Made by a program: the position numbers and the translations under genes
Shown: piece by piece, positions 1 to 10,662 of the stretch
Numbering within the stretch: position 1 is the first letter of the stretch
Layout: the number at the start of each line of letters is the position of its first letter
Assembly: GCA_965209015.1 (NCBI GenBank)
Contig: OZ242367.1
Span: 447,160 to 511,159, forward strand
Length of the DNA stretch: 64,000 nt
Reading direction: 5' to 3'
From: Rhodothermales bacterium
Lineage (GTDB): Bacteria > Bacteroidota > Rhodothermia > Rhodothermales > Bin80
The notes under the pieces: model-generated
What the model saw: only the letters and a program-made list of their open reading frames with translations
Database searches by the model: none
What the model was told of the DNA's origin: nothing

Positions 1-1
1 G

Positions 2-1123
2 TCTCTGACAGATTATTTGCGCAGCCAAAAAGGTTTTCTGAGTATGAATCGGCGCGATACTCTGATTGCAGAGCAGATTATTGGATCCATTGATGAGGAC
101 GGTTACCTTAGACGAGAGATTGCGTCCATTGTGGATGATCTCACCTTTAATTATCGAGAGGAACTATCGGAGGAGGATGTACTCCGAGTCTTGCACCATA
201 TTCAGCGACTGGATCCTCCTGGGATTGCAGCACGCAGTGTTCAGGAGTGTCTTTCAATCCAACTTGAACTGATGCCGGAGGATATGCCAGGGCATGCGAT
301 CGCAGTTCAGGTGATCCATAAGCTATTTGTCCCCTTCTCGCGCAGACAGTATGGACGTATCAAAGAACGGCTCAATATTGACGATTTTGCACTCAAAACT
401 GCGATTGACTTAATTCAGTCCTGTAATCCGAAACCAGGTGAGGGCGCCATTACGCCGCAAGAAAATTATGTGATACCAGATTTTCTGATAAAAAAATCTG
501 ATGGTTTATTCGTCATTCAACTCAACTCTGGTAATTTTCCGACTCTAACAATCTCTAAGTCCTATCGGGACATGATCAAAAAAATGAATTCAGGCCAGAA
601 ATCTGATTCCTCTCCCGATTCGGATACGAAAAAATTCCTTCGATCCAAGTTAGAGTCTGCGAAATGGTTTATTGATGCGGTTCAGCAGCGCCGCAGCACC
701 ATGCTTTTGATCATGCGGGAGATTGTCTCCTTTCAGGAAGCGTTCTTTACCTACGGAGAGGGGCACTTGCGTCCGTTGATCCTCAAGGATATTGCGGAGC
801 GGATCAAGATGGATATTTCCACGGTCAGTCGTGTAGTGAGTGGGAAATATGTTCAGTGTGATTATGGCGTCTATGAACTCAAATACTTCTTTTCCGAGGG
901 GGTTGCTACCGATGCTGGTATCACCGTTTCAAATAAAGAGGTCAAGTCAATCATCGCTAAAATGGTTGAACAGGAGGACAAGACGGATCCATTGACGGAT
1001 CAGGCCATTACTGCAATGTTGAAGGAACAGGGTTACCAAGTTGCCAGAAGAACAGTCTCAAAATATCGAATGCAGTTAGGGATACCGGTTGCCCGTTTGC
1101 GGAGAGAGATTGTTCTATCTTAG
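2..1123 (+). CDS. rpoN: RNA polymerase sigma-54 factor (RpoN), 5' end cut by window edge
   Basis: The frame stays open upstream of the M at 17, back to the window start. Shows 'IAEQIIGSIDEDGYL', the HTH 'ISTVSRVVSGKY' and the C-terminal RpoN box 'ARRTVSKYR'. Confidence 0.9.
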   Translation, partial: SLTDYLRSQKGFLSMNRRDTLIAEQIIGSIDEDGYLRREIASIVDDLTFNYREELSEEDVLRVLHHIQRLDPPGIAARSVQECLSIQLELMPEDMPGHAIAVQVIHKLFVPFSRRQYGRIKERLNIDDFALKTAIDLIQSCNPKPGEGAITPQENYVIPDFLIKKSDGLFVIQLNSGNFPTLTISKSYRDMIKKMNSGQKSDSSPDSDTKKFLRSKLESAKWFIDAVQQRRSTMLLIMREIVSFQEAFFTYGEGHLRPLILKDIAERIKMDISTVSRVVSGKYVQCDYGVYELKYFFSEGVATDAGITVSNKEVKSIIAKMVEQEDKTDPLTDQAITAMLKEQGYQVARRTVSKYRMQLGIPVARLRREIVLS

Positions 1124-1140
1124 CCGAACTTCCTACTGGA

Positions 1141-4100
1141 TTACCATTTCAGATCCATACGCGCGCTGAGTCCGTAGGAGGGTGGGGCCTCGTTTGCCTC
1201 CATAGTTCGCGCGGTGGTGGCGACCGAGACTTGTAGCCCTTGGTTCATGCGCAGGTTGTATCCAACCCGATAGGCGCGTCCGCTTGGATCCACCGTCATT
1301 CCCACGATGGATTGCCCGAGACTTTCTCGGATCGGAACTCCATATCCCAGTTCCATTTCTACGCGTTGATCCGTACCTGCCATTCCCACGGAATGCAGCG
1401 GGGCTTCACGCCAGAGGTCTCCCCCGTAGACATTCCCCCAGAGCGGACGTACCCGCATAGAGGGCCCGAGTCCGCCCGGCGTTCCGTACTCAATGGCCCC
1501 CATCAGTCCCCATTCTCGCAGTCCTTCGTCCGTATGCAGTACCAAGGTCCGACCTCCAAGCTCCGCACGCAATTGACTCGTGGACCAGCGCACTCCACCA
1601 CCCAGTTCGATTCCCATCCCGGTCTCGGCATCGCCTCCATCCTGCCGAAGCGCAGTTTCCAGATAGGGTTCCATACCTGCTCCCCATCGTAGACTTCCCT
1701 CCACACCTGCCCGGACCCGCCGGACTCCCAGATCCGATCCCGTCTCCATGTTGGCCATTGCCCAGAATGCATCTACCTCGTACCCCAACCGCCCCGTGCT
1801 GCCCCCGGTCAGCGTTCCTGTCAGTCCCAGTGCAATCAGTGCAGCATCTATTTCGGACTCCAGTGCCTCTACTTCGGTCTCCCCTCGTCCCAATCCCAAC
1901 AGCAGCCATGCCCGCATCCCGGTCCCCGTTTGATAACTGATATAGGGATAAAGGCCCGTCAACTGCGATGAGGCCGAACCGGATCGCATCGGTGCCTCAT
2001 AGGTGCCTTGATCCCAGCTTTGCGCGGCCAGAAGCCCCGCCATCCAGCCCTGACGCCACGCATAGTCCGCTCCCACGAGCATTGTTGTAACATCCGAACT
2101 TAATGAGAGTGCACCATCTTGTCCACGCATGCGCGTAAATGCACCTTGCCCCCAGACACTCCATCCTCCCCGCGTATACGCCGCACCACAGCCGCCAAAG
2201 ATCTGTCCCAGAGACCAGCGTTCGGTCTCATAACGGAGCCAGGATAGATCAGGGACTCGGCACTGCGCCATCCCCTCCATCCGCCGGGACAATGCTTCCA
2301 CGACCTGAGAAGCCCAGGTCCGAAGCACTCGGGCCACATACGCATTCTGGATGCTCTCTTCGCTCTCCTCTTCTATCACCGCCTCCGTACGGGCCTCTTG
2401 CACCTCCGCATTTATGGCCGATAGGATGACCAGCGAAAACGTTTTTGCCTCCCACACTGGCACGTTGGAGCGCAGCTTTACGTCAATGGTTTTGGATACT
2501 TCGCCCGGTGCAAACGTGATCTGCCCGGCGACAGGTTCATAATCCTCGCCCGCCAGCGCTGTCCCATCTTCGGTGGCATAGCTGACCAGTACGGGCAGGA
2601 GGGAGGGCTTGGATAGGTTCATTTCAAAGATGGCGGCGCTTCGGGAGACTATGACGCTCTGGACCGAGACATTGGAGCCCCCGTCATTGTCCACAATCGT
2701 TCCGATCCCGATGCCTTCTTGATCAATCTCCGCATTCGTTGCATCTGCAAGCTTCACTTGAAACGTTTCGTTGTCTTCTACCTCTTCATCCTCCAGGATC
2801 TGGATGCGAATCTTCCCCTCGGTGCTCCCAGGCTCAAAGATGACAATCCCCCTGGAGGAGACATAGTCGGCTCCCTCGGTTGCGGTTACGTCGGCGGAGG
2901 CAAACTCAATGGTCACCAGACGTAGACTGGGTCGGCTGAGCTGGACTGGCAATAGGAGTGCTCCCGCATCTTCGGGGGCAGTCTGATCCTGAATGCTCAC
3001 CGTGGGCATCCCGTCATCGTCCAGGATCCTTCCCTGCGCCTCTGTGTCGACGATGCCAGCGCCCGTGAGACGCACCCGAAAGGTCTCGATGGATTCAATG
3101 TCTTCGTCATTCAAGATCGGAACCTTAATCTCCTTTCGATCCTCTCCCACTGCAAACGTGAACGTTCCCGAAGAATGGGTGTAGTCTTCTCCGGCAAGGG
3201 CCGATCCATCCACCGTCGTATAGGTAAAGCTCCGTGGTTGGCTGTCCATCCCGCTCAGGGTCACCACAAAAACCGCCACAGGGTCCGACTCGGTGACCTC
3301 TGCATCTTGAATGCGCGGCATCACGGGTTCTTCATTGTCTTGGATGATGCCTCGCCCCAGAGATTGCCCCGGCTCCCCATTCTGGATCTCCGTCAACTGC
3401 ACCCGAAAGGTTTCCTCGGGCTCCGCGAGCGCATCGTCCAGAATCTCAACCTCAATGGACTTGGTGGTTTCGCCAGATTTGAATCGCAGAGGGCTCTCGG
3501 TCTGCACCTGATAATCTTGGGATTTTGTGGCCGTTTCATCATGCACAATAAAGCCCACCACTACCTCGTCTCCCTGAAGGGGCGCGCGGCTCAGGGCCAC
3601 ATCAAAGCGAGCAGGACTCTCATCTTCTTGCACCGTCACCGCAGGCGTGAGATGCACGCGAGGCGGCGTATCATCATCTTGGATCGTTCCCGTTGCGATC
3701 TCATCTGCCAACTCTGCATGCTGGGGCGCAGACAGCTCTATATAAAAGGTCTCGGACAGTTCCTCTTCTTCATCATGAATCAGTCGCACCAGCACCTCGC
3801 GGCTCGTTTCGCCCGGTGGAAAGTCCAGCGTACCGCTCGCGGGCACATAGTCCACGTTCGCGATTGCCGACCCATCAAAGGTTGCATACCTGACACGAAC
3901 TGTTTCTGCCGGATGGGGCCGATTCAGCGTCACAGGAAAGATCAAGGCATCCTCGCGTTCCCATTCCGAAGCATCCGCAACACATATCCGGTACACATCA
4001 TTATCTTCAATCGTCACCGTTGCTTCGCTTCGCAACAGGTCTACACCGATGGGCTCCGACAGTTGGACTCGGAAGGTTTCGTTCTCCTCAGAGACGTCAT

Positions 4101-7100
4101 CGTCCACAATCGGAATCTCAATCCCGGCGGTCTCGCGCCCCGCAGGGATCTCCAAGATCTCATCGTGCGCCCTATAGTCCTCCCCCTCGGTAGCATTCTG
4201 TGCAATCGTCTGGACCCGTACGCTCAGATCGGTCGGTGCCGCCGGGCTCACCCTGAGTTGCACCTCTGCCCGCCCGACATCTTCCTGAATTGTCGTATCC
4301 TGAATCGCCAACGTAACCAGATCTTCGTTATCCTGAATGGTGAGGGACGCTTGTACCGTCCCCCGGGTCGGACTCGTGCCGGTGATCGTGAGCGTCTCCT
4401 CCGGTTCGTAGATCAGGTCATCCTCAATGACCAACTCAAAGGTGCCCGCGTGGGAGGTCTCATTCGCTGGAATCGTGAGTTCAAAGGACGCGGGCATCGC
4501 TGTATAGTCGGGTCCTGCTACGACCGAGCCACCCCCTACCGTAATCGTCACCTCGGACGCGATGTTTAAGGGATTGTCCAGCTTGGCGGTCACCGTGATC
4601 TCCGTGGGAGGGTCGCCCTCGCGTACCTCCATCGGATCCAGCTCCAGCGTGAGCCCCGTAGGCGCATCGTCCTCCAGGATCGTCAGGTCCACATCTGAGG
4701 GACCGCTGATCCCCTGCATATTCGTGACCTGTCCACGCACGGTCACCCGCTTATCTCCAGAGAACACTCGATTCTCTACTGCGGTAATCGTGACCTCCTC
4801 GGTACTCTCGGTCTCCCCTGCTGCAATCGTGAGCGTTGTCAACGCACTCCACAGGTAATCGTCTGCGGTCGCGGGAGACTGTGGAATAGCGGAAAGCGTG
4901 AATACCGTCACCACACTGGATGGAGCACTCAGATGTGCGGTGATCATCGTACGTCCGCCGCTTTCCAGAATCCGATCGGGATCCAGGTGCAGCGTCACTT
5001 CTGGTGTGAGATCCGTATCCTGAATCATGAGACTGGCGGGGATTGCCACGCCCAGACTGCTGCGCCCCGTCACCTGTACTGTCTCTGCCGGCTCATCTAT
5101 CCCATCCGCGGTCAAGGTTAGGGTAAACCCCTCGATTCCTTCCAGCGCATTGGCTGGAATCGTGAGTTCAAAGGAAGGCACGAATTCATAGTCAGCTCCC
5201 ACGGCAGCTGTTCCTTCCTCCACCATCACCGTGACCTCCGTCGGCGTGCTCCGCGCCACATCCAGTCGGGCCGTGACCGTGATCTCCTCGCTTCCTGCGT
5301 CTTCCTCCACCTCCAGAGGCGCGACCGAAAGGGTGATGCTGCGCGCTTCGTCGTCATTCAGGATCGTGAGCATCACATCCGCCGGGCCGGTCACTCCGTT
5401 CGCATTCGTCGCCTCGCCGCCCAAGGTGATCCTCTTCTCCGGTCCATCGATCGCATTGTCAACCGCCCGGATCGTCACCTCCCCCGAACTGGTCGTTTCC
5501 CCTGGTGCAATCCTGAGCGTAGGATTGGGAGGCAAGACATAATCCTCCCGCGTTGCGGGAGCGAGCGGAAGGGTTAAGAGGGTGATCTCGGTCTCTGCAC
5601 TGGATGCACCACTCAGACGGGCCGTAAGCGTCGCTTCCCCATCCTCCTCACGAATGGTGGTCGGGATCAGCTCAAGGGTCACCTCTGGAGTCGGATTCGT
5701 GTCATAGAGATTGAGCGTGCCGGCACGTACTTGCAGCCCCTCTACCGATGTCTGTCCCCTCACCTCAATCGTCTCCACGGGCTCATCCAAGTAATCCAGA
5801 TTCGGCGTGAACGTAAATCGTCCCGTCCCCTCGGTCTGATTCGCTGGAATGATGAGCTGCGTGGGTGGCACAGGGGCAAAGTCCGTCCCCAGGGTTGCCG
5901 TGCCGGATTTCACCGAGAGGGTCACCTCCGTATCCGTACTCCGCGCCCGATCCATCGTCGCCGTCACCGTGATCTGCGTACTCCCGACGTCTTCACTCAC
6001 GTCAATTGAAGGCGTCACCTTAAGCGTGATCGCGGTCGCCTGATCGTCATCCGTGATCGTCAGCGGCGCATCCGAGGGGCCCCGGATGCCGTGGTCATTC
6101 ATCGCACGGCCGCTTACGATGATCCTCTTGCTCGGCGCATCGATTGTGTTGTCCTCAGCCGTGATGGTGACCGCTCCCGTACTGGCTGTTGCCCCCGGCG
6201 CAATCGTGAGCGTGCGGTTGGGACTCAACACATAATCCTCCGCTGTAGCGGGCGCATTGGGGAGGGCCGAGATCGTGATCACCGTGACGGTGCTGGAGGG
6301 AGCGCTCAGACGGGCCGTGACCTCCGTGCGCCCGCCATTTTCTGGAATGGAGGGCGGAGCCAAGGCCAGCATCACCTCCGGGGCGGGCGTCGCATCCGTG
6401 ATCGTGAGGATGGCCTGCGCTTCCCCCAGCGGGCTGGTTCCCGTAAGGGAGACTGTCTCCGCGGTCTCGTCAAGCGCATCCAGCGTGGGCGTGAACCGAA
6501 ACGTCCTGCTTCCCTCCCGCGCAGCTATGGGAATTGTCAGATCAAATGACTCTACCGCATCAAAATCCTCGCCCAAGGTTGCCGTACCATCCCCCACCGC
6601 AATCCGCACTTGTATCGGCGTGCTCCCCGGAATATCCAGTTCTGCCGTCACCGTGATCTCCACCGTTCCCTCGTCTTCTCCCACTTCGGTGGGCGAAACC
6701 GCAAGCGTAAAGCCGGTGGGCATATCGTCATCCGTAATCGTAAGCGTCTCCTCCGCAGGATTCGTCACCGGCTGCTCGTTCGTCGCGCGCCCTTGGACTC
6801 GCACCGTCTTGTCCACCGTATCTACAGCATTGTCGATTGCCGTGATCGTCACCAGCCCGGTGCTCTCGGTCTGCTCTGCTGCAATGGTGAGCGTAGAATT
6901 GGCACTCAACTCGTAATCCGCAGGCGTCGCCGCCGCATTCGGGACCACCGACACCGCAATCGTGGTCACCGTGCTGGATGCCGCATTCAAGGTGGCCGTC
7001 ACCTCTGTCCGTCCACCGTCTTCCAAAATCGTTGTCGGGGCTAACGCCAGTGTCACTTCCGGGGGCGAATTCGTATCGATGAGCGGTACAAGGAGAATAA

Positions 7101-10100
7101 ACTGTTGCGTGCCAGCCCCCAGATTACTGATCCCCATAATCACGAAGGTCTCCGCCGGCTCATCCAGATCATCCGCATTCGGCAGGAACCGAAACGTCTC
7201 CGTTCTCTCGGTCTGATTCGCCGGAATTGTAAGGAGAAACGGATCCACAGCGCTAAAATCTATCCCTACCATAGCCGTCCCCGATTCCACCGAGATCATC
7301 ACCTCCGTGTCCACACTGCGCACAACATCCAGCCTCCCCGTCACCAGCATCTCTTGGCTTCCGGCGTCTTCCTTCACCTCCGGAGGCGCCACCGTCAGCG
7401 TGATCTTTGAAGCCTGATCGTCATTCGTAATCGTCAGCACCACCGCCGAAGGGCCCCGGATACCCTGCCTATTCTCGGCCACGCCGTGCACCTGTACGGT
7501 CTTATCCGGCGCTTCCACCTCATTGTCTACGCCCGTGATCGTGACCCCTCCCGTACTGGTAATTTCTCCGGGGGCAATCGTCAGCGTAGTCGGATGCAAT
7601 GTATAGTCCCCCTCCATGGCAGGTGAATCTGGAACCACCGATAGTTCTATCGTGGTTGCCGCACTGGACGGGGCACTCAATGTGGCGGTTACTTCCGTCC
7701 GTCCACCATCTTCCTCTATTGCATCCAAGGTGAGCGCCAGCGTCACCTCAGGGGGTTGATCTGCGTTGATCAGCGTGAGCGTAGCCACCGCCGAGGCGCC
7801 CTGACTGCTTGCCCCCGTAAACTCAACCGTCTCCGCTCCCTCGTCCTGATCATCATGGATCGGCGTGAAGAAAAACTGCCTCGTCCCCACCGTCTGATTT
7901 GCAGGAACCGTCAAAACGAACGGATCCACAGCGGTATAGTCTGCACCCGATGTCGCGGAACCGCCGCCCACGGAAATGCGCACTTCGGTGTTCGTGCTCT
8001 GCGCCGCATCCAGTGTCACCGTGGCGGTCAGACGCGTAGGTTGGGCATTCTCGCTCACTTGAGAAGGAGATACCTCCAGCGTGAACCCGTCATCATCCAG
8101 AATCATCAACTCCACCTTCGCCGGGTCTGCTGCTCCGCCCCGCCGATTCGTGGCTCTCCCTCCAACCTGAAACGTCTTATCCTCCGTAGGCACCGGATTG
8201 TCTATGGCCGTGATCGTCACTGCCCCGCTGCTCTCGATCTCCCCGGTTGGAATCGTGAGTGTAGAGCTACTTAATCGGTAATCCTCATCCGAAGCGGGCG
8301 CATCCGGGTCGATCGAGAGTGCAAGGGCCGTCTCTGCATTGGACGGTGCACTCAGTTGCGCACGCACGGTCGCCATGCCGCCATTCTCTGTAATCGTGGA
8401 GGGATCCAGCACCAGCGTCACCGATGGAGGGGGAGCGGCATTCCCGATCGTGAGCACCGCCTCCACCACGGCATCTCCCACATCGCTAATCCCCGTCACG
8501 AAAACTGTCTCTGCCGGATCATTCTCCGCATCTGGGATCGGTTTGAACGAAAACATGCCTGTTCCCTCCCTCGCCTCCGCCGCAATCGTGACCGAGATCG
8601 GAGTGACCGCCTCATAGTCCACGCGCTCGGTCGCCGTGCCTGGCTCCACCGAGACGGAGACCTCCGTCGCAACCAGACGCGGAACATCCATCGTGGCCGT
8701 CACCACTATATCCGTTCGCCCCGCATCTTCGCTCACTTGGGAAGGGGACACCGTAAGCGTGACCGTAGGCACATCTTCATCCTCCTCTAGGACAAGCTCC
8801 ACAGCGTCCGGCCCCATGATCCCCTCGTCATTCATAGCCGTGCCGCCAACCTGAACCGTCTTATCTCCTGTATAGAAATCATTGTCCACCGCCGTGATCG
8901 TGACCTCCCCCGTACTCGAGGTCTCCCCCGAGGCAATCGTGAGCGTAGCAGGCGTAGTCAATGTGTAATCATCTGTCCTAGCCGGCGAATCGGGGGTGAC
9001 CGTTACCGTGATCGTCGTCTCCTCAGTGGACACCTTGTCCAGCGTTGCCGTGACCGTCGTGCTCCCGTTGTTTTCCAGAATCGATGCCTCCGATAATACC
9101 AGCGTCACTTCTGGACCACAAGCCGGATACTCACGATCATCTAATCCAAAGTTAATAATCCCATCCTCTTTTAGGTCAAGGATCTTTTGCGGCAAGCACA
9201 CAATCGGGTTAAAAGAAATATATACAGTAAATCCTGGGGAAACATCATCAAACAGATCTGGAGGTAAAGTGGTAAGGGAATTAGAAAATAAATCTATAGA
9301 TATCAGACTGGTGAGACCGGCTAAAAGATCTGGAGGAAGACTCTCAATAGAATTGTATTCCAGGACAAGCCGCTGCAGGCCGGTGAGACCGTTGAAAAGA
9401 CCCGATGGCAGATCGGTGAGACCGGGTTGATGCTGCAGGTGCAGATTTTTCAAGTTGGAGAGATTAGCAAACAAATTTGCGGGGACACTCGTGATCCCAT
9501 TTTCGCTTAAGCTCAGATGATTTAGACTGGAAAGATCGGCAAAGATATTTTCAGGTATAGGGTTGGTGAAATCCACACCGCTTAATGACAGTCTCTTCAA
9601 GCTGGAGAGTCTACCAAACAGATTCGCAGTGATAAAGAGATCATAATTAGCACTCAGATTTAGAACTTCCAGGCTGGTGAGAGGGGCAAAAATATCCTCA
9701 GGCAGGCTGGTGAGATCGTTAAATTCAAGCAGAAGCACAGTTAGCTTGGAAAGGCCTGCAAAGAGATTCGGAGGCAGGGTAGTGAAAGAAATCCTACTAG
9801 TCCCGATATGAAACTGGTTGCCAAGGTCTAGTTCATTCAAGTTGGGGAGATTGGCAAAGTCACCTTCCTTCAGCGCAGTTATCCCTTTGAGGGATAAGTC
9901 CAAATCCGTGATGCCGGCTAACTGGTCTGCCCGAACAGTTGCACAGTTGCTCTGATTTGGAATCAGTTCCAGAATCGCGTCCCTGACTTGCGGAGTACGA
10001 TTACAGATACTTTGTGCCGTCGTATTCAGCACCAGAAACATCAACACAAAACTGGCTGCCACTCCCAGACACAAAGAAAACCATTGTGGTATGATTCGGA

Positions 10101-10110
10101 TGGATCTCAT
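1141..10110 (-). CDS. Giant surface protein: signal peptide, LRR head, about 20 Calx-beta-like domains, autotransporter-type C-terminal beta-barrel
   Basis: 3004-aa ORF. The likely start is the internal M at 10110 ('MRSIRIIPQWFSLCLGVAASFVLMFLVLNTTAQS' signal). LRR repeats ('LxxLxLxxNxL') cover about aa 70-330. Seven alternating A/B repeat pairs follow ('PEVTLAL...GGRTEVTATL' and 'ITLTV.P.EV.EDAGS..ITVTA'), then six canonical Calx-beta units ('EGEDY...ETF.V.L'). The C-terminus is Gly/aromatic-rich and ends '...YGLSARMDLKW', which is typical of outer-membrane barrels. Confidence 0.85.
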   Translation of the reverse strand: MRSIRIIPQWFSLCLGVAASFVLMFLVLNTTAQSICNRTPQVRDAILELIPNQSNCATVRADQLAGITDLDLSLKGITALKEGDFANLPNLNELDLGNQFHIGTSRISFTTLPPNLFAGLSKLTVLLLEFNDLTSLPEDIFAPLTSLEVLNLSANYDLFITANLFGRLSSLKRLSLSGVDFTNPIPENIFADLSSLNHLSLSENGITSVPANLFANLSNLKNLHLQHQPGLTDLPSGLFNGLTGLQRLVLEYNSIESLPPDLLAGLTSLISIDLFSNSLTTLPPDLFDDVSPGFTVYISFNPIVCLPQKILDLKEDGIINFGLDDREYPACGPEVTLVLSEASILENNGSTTVTATLDKVSTEETTITVTVTPDSPARTDDYTLTTPATLTIASGETSSTGEVTITAVDNDFYTGDKTVQVGGTAMNDEGIMGPDAVELVLEEDEDVPTVTLTVSPSQVSEDAGRTDIVVTATMDVPRLVATEVSVSVEPGTATERVDYEAVTPISVTIAAEAREGTGMFSFKPIPDAENDPAETVFVTGISDVGDAVVEAVLTIGNAAPPPSVTLVLDPSTITENGGMATVRAQLSAPSNAETALALSIDPDAPASDEDYRLSSSTLTIPTGEIESSGAVTITAIDNPVPTEDKTFQVGGRATNRRGGAADPAKVELMILDDDGFTLEVSPSQVSENAQPTRLTATVTLDAAQSTNTEVRISVGGGSATSGADYTAVDPFVLTVPANQTVGTRQFFFTPIHDDQDEGAETVEFTGASSQGASAVATLTLINADQPPEVTLALTLDAIEEDGGRTEVTATLSAPSSAATTIELSVVPDSPAMEGDYTLHPTTLTIAPGEITSTGGVTITGVDNEVEAPDKTVQVHGVAENRQGIRGPSAVVLTITNDDQASKITLTVAPPEVKEDAGSQEMLVTGRLDVVRSVDTEVMISVESGTAMVGIDFSAVDPFLLTIPANQTERTETFRFLPNADDLDEPAETFVIMGISNLGAGTQQFILLVPLIDTNSPPEVTLALAPTTILEDGGRTEVTATLNAASSTVTTIAVSVVPNAAATPADYELSANSTLTIAAEQTESTGLVTITAIDNAVDTVDKTVRVQGRATNEQPVTNPAEETLTITDDDMPTGFTLAVSPTEVGEDEGTVEITVTAELDIPGSTPIQVRIAVGDGTATLGEDFDAVESFDLTIPIAAREGSRTFRFTPTLDALDETAETVSLTGTSPLGEAQAILTITDATPAPEVMLALAPPSIPENGGRTEVTARLSAPSSTVTVITISALPNAPATAEDYVLSPNRTLTIAPGATASTGAVTITAEDNTIDAPSKRIIVSGRAMNDHGIRGPSDAPLTITDDDQATAITLKVTPSIDVSEDVGSTQITVTATMDRARSTDTEVTLSVKSGTATLGTDFAPVPPTQLIIPANQTEGTGRFTFTPNLDYLDEPVETIEVRGQTSVEGLQVRAGTLNLYDTNPTPEVTLELIPTTIREEDGEATLTARLSGASSAETEITLLTLPLAPATREDYVLPPNPTLRIAPGETTSSGEVTIRAVDNAIDGPEKRITLGGEATNANGVTGPADVMLTILNDDEARSITLSVAPLEVEEDAGSEEITVTARLDVARSTPTEVTVMVEEGTAAVGADYEFVPSFELTIPANALEGIEGFTLTLTADGIDEPAETVQVTGRSSLGVAIPASLMIQDTDLTPEVTLHLDPDRILESGGRTMITAHLSAPSSVVTVFTLSAIPQSPATADDYLWSALTTLTIAAGETESTEEVTITAVENRVFSGDKRVTVRGQVTNMQGISGPSDVDLTILEDDAPTGLTLELDPMEVREGDPPTEITVTAKLDNPLNIASEVTITVGGGSVVAGPDYTAMPASFELTIPANETSHAGTFELVIEDDLIYEPEETLTITGTSPTRGTVQASLTIQDNEDLVTLAIQDTTIQEDVGRAEVQLRVSPAAPTDLSVRVQTIAQNATEGEDYRAHDEILEIPAGRETAGIEIPIVDDDVSEENETFRVQLSEPIGVDLLRSEATVTIEDNDVYRICVADASEWEREDALIFPVTLNRPHPAETVRVRYATFDGSAIANVDYVPASGTLDFPPGETSREVLVRLIHDEEEELSETFYIELSAPQHAELADEIATGTIQDDDTPPRVHLTPAVTVQEDESPARFDVALSRAPLQGDEVVVGFIVHDETATKSQDYQVQTESPLRFKSGETTKSIEVEILDDALAEPEETFRVQLTEIQNGEPGQSLGRGIIQDNEEPVMPRIQDAEVTESDPVAVFVVTLSGMDSQPRSFTYTTVDGSALAGEDYTHSSGTFTFAVGEDRKEIKVPILNDEDIESIETFRVRLTGAGIVDTEAQGRILDDDGMPTVSIQDQTAPEDAGALLLPVQLSRPSLRLVTIEFASADVTATEGADYVSSRGIVIFEPGSTEGKIRIQILEDEEVEDNETFQVKLADATNAEIDQEGIGIGTIVDNDGGSNVSVQSVIVSRSAAIFEMNLSKPSLLPVLVSYATEDGTALAGEDYEPVAGQITFAPGEVSKTIDVKLRSNVPVWEAKTFSLVILSAINAEVQEARTEAVIEEESEESIQNAYVARVLRTWASQVVEALSRRMEGMAQCRVPDLSWLRYETERWSLGQIFGGCGAAYTRGGWSVWGQGAFTRMRGQDGALSLSSDVTTMLVGADYAWRQGWMAGLLAAQSWDQGTYEAPMRSGSASSQLTGLYPYISYQTGTGMRAWLLLGLGRGETEVEALESEIDAALIALGLTGTLTGGSTGRLGYEVDAFWAMANMETGSDLGVRRVRAGVEGSLRWGAGMEPYLETALRQDGGDAETGMGIELGGGVRWSTSQLRAELGGRTLVLHTDEGLREWGLMGAIEYGTPGGLGPSMRVRPLWGNVYGGDLWREAPLHSVGMAGTDQRVEMELGYGVPIRESLGQSIVGMTVDPSGRAYRVGYNLRMNQGLQVSVATTARTMEANEAPPSYGLSARMDLKW

Positions 10111-10662
10111 AGGTCGTAGAGCAGAGTGGTTCCGAATGGATAAGCAACCAACCAAGGTTGTCTCTGATTCATCCTTTCACAGTTAATTGGTTGATGCTAA
10201 GATCTGGTTGGCAGATTTTGACCAAATAAGGGGAGATCTTAATGGCTCTCTGTGTCTCACGGTTCAGTTCTTTCGTACAGGATGCGCTCTCCACCCTTTT
10301 AGTCTATTGATAAGGGTTGCATACCAGTATACAAAGAAATTCAGCTAAGAGCCGCAACCATAAGTAAGATAGTGAATTTTATCAAGAAGTCTTTTCCTGT
10401 TCCGCCTCCTGCGTCGCTGCCTCCATCAACCCTTGACTCTCACCCCAAACGCTGAATTCACATCTAAATTTTACAGCCTTACAGATTATTAATAACCGCT
10501 GGTGAAGGTGTACTATTGATACTTGGTGGAAGAACGATTCCAGTGTAGGAGTCTCGAACTCCCATAGTTCGCTGAATTCATCTGAAAACCTTAACATAAT
10601 GGGAGCAGTCACAGGACTCAAAGCAGTATGACTGAAATCATAACTCAGGCCTGACAGACTGC

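Noticed and set aside
1240-9430. Many plus-strand ORFs inside the giant minus-strand gene, including a 464-aa ORF at 3175-4569.
   Set aside because: They are antisense to a GC-rich repeat-encoding gene. Their translations are Arg/His/Pro/Ser-rich low-complexity strings with no motifs. Long antisense ORFs are expected at this GC content.
10382-10621. 79-aa minus-strand ORF in the region upstream of the giant gene, and the 74-aa ORF at 32150-32374.
   Set aside because: They have no motif, no signal peptide and no clear RBS. The second overlaps the 3' end of the regulator gene. Evidence of coding is insufficient.
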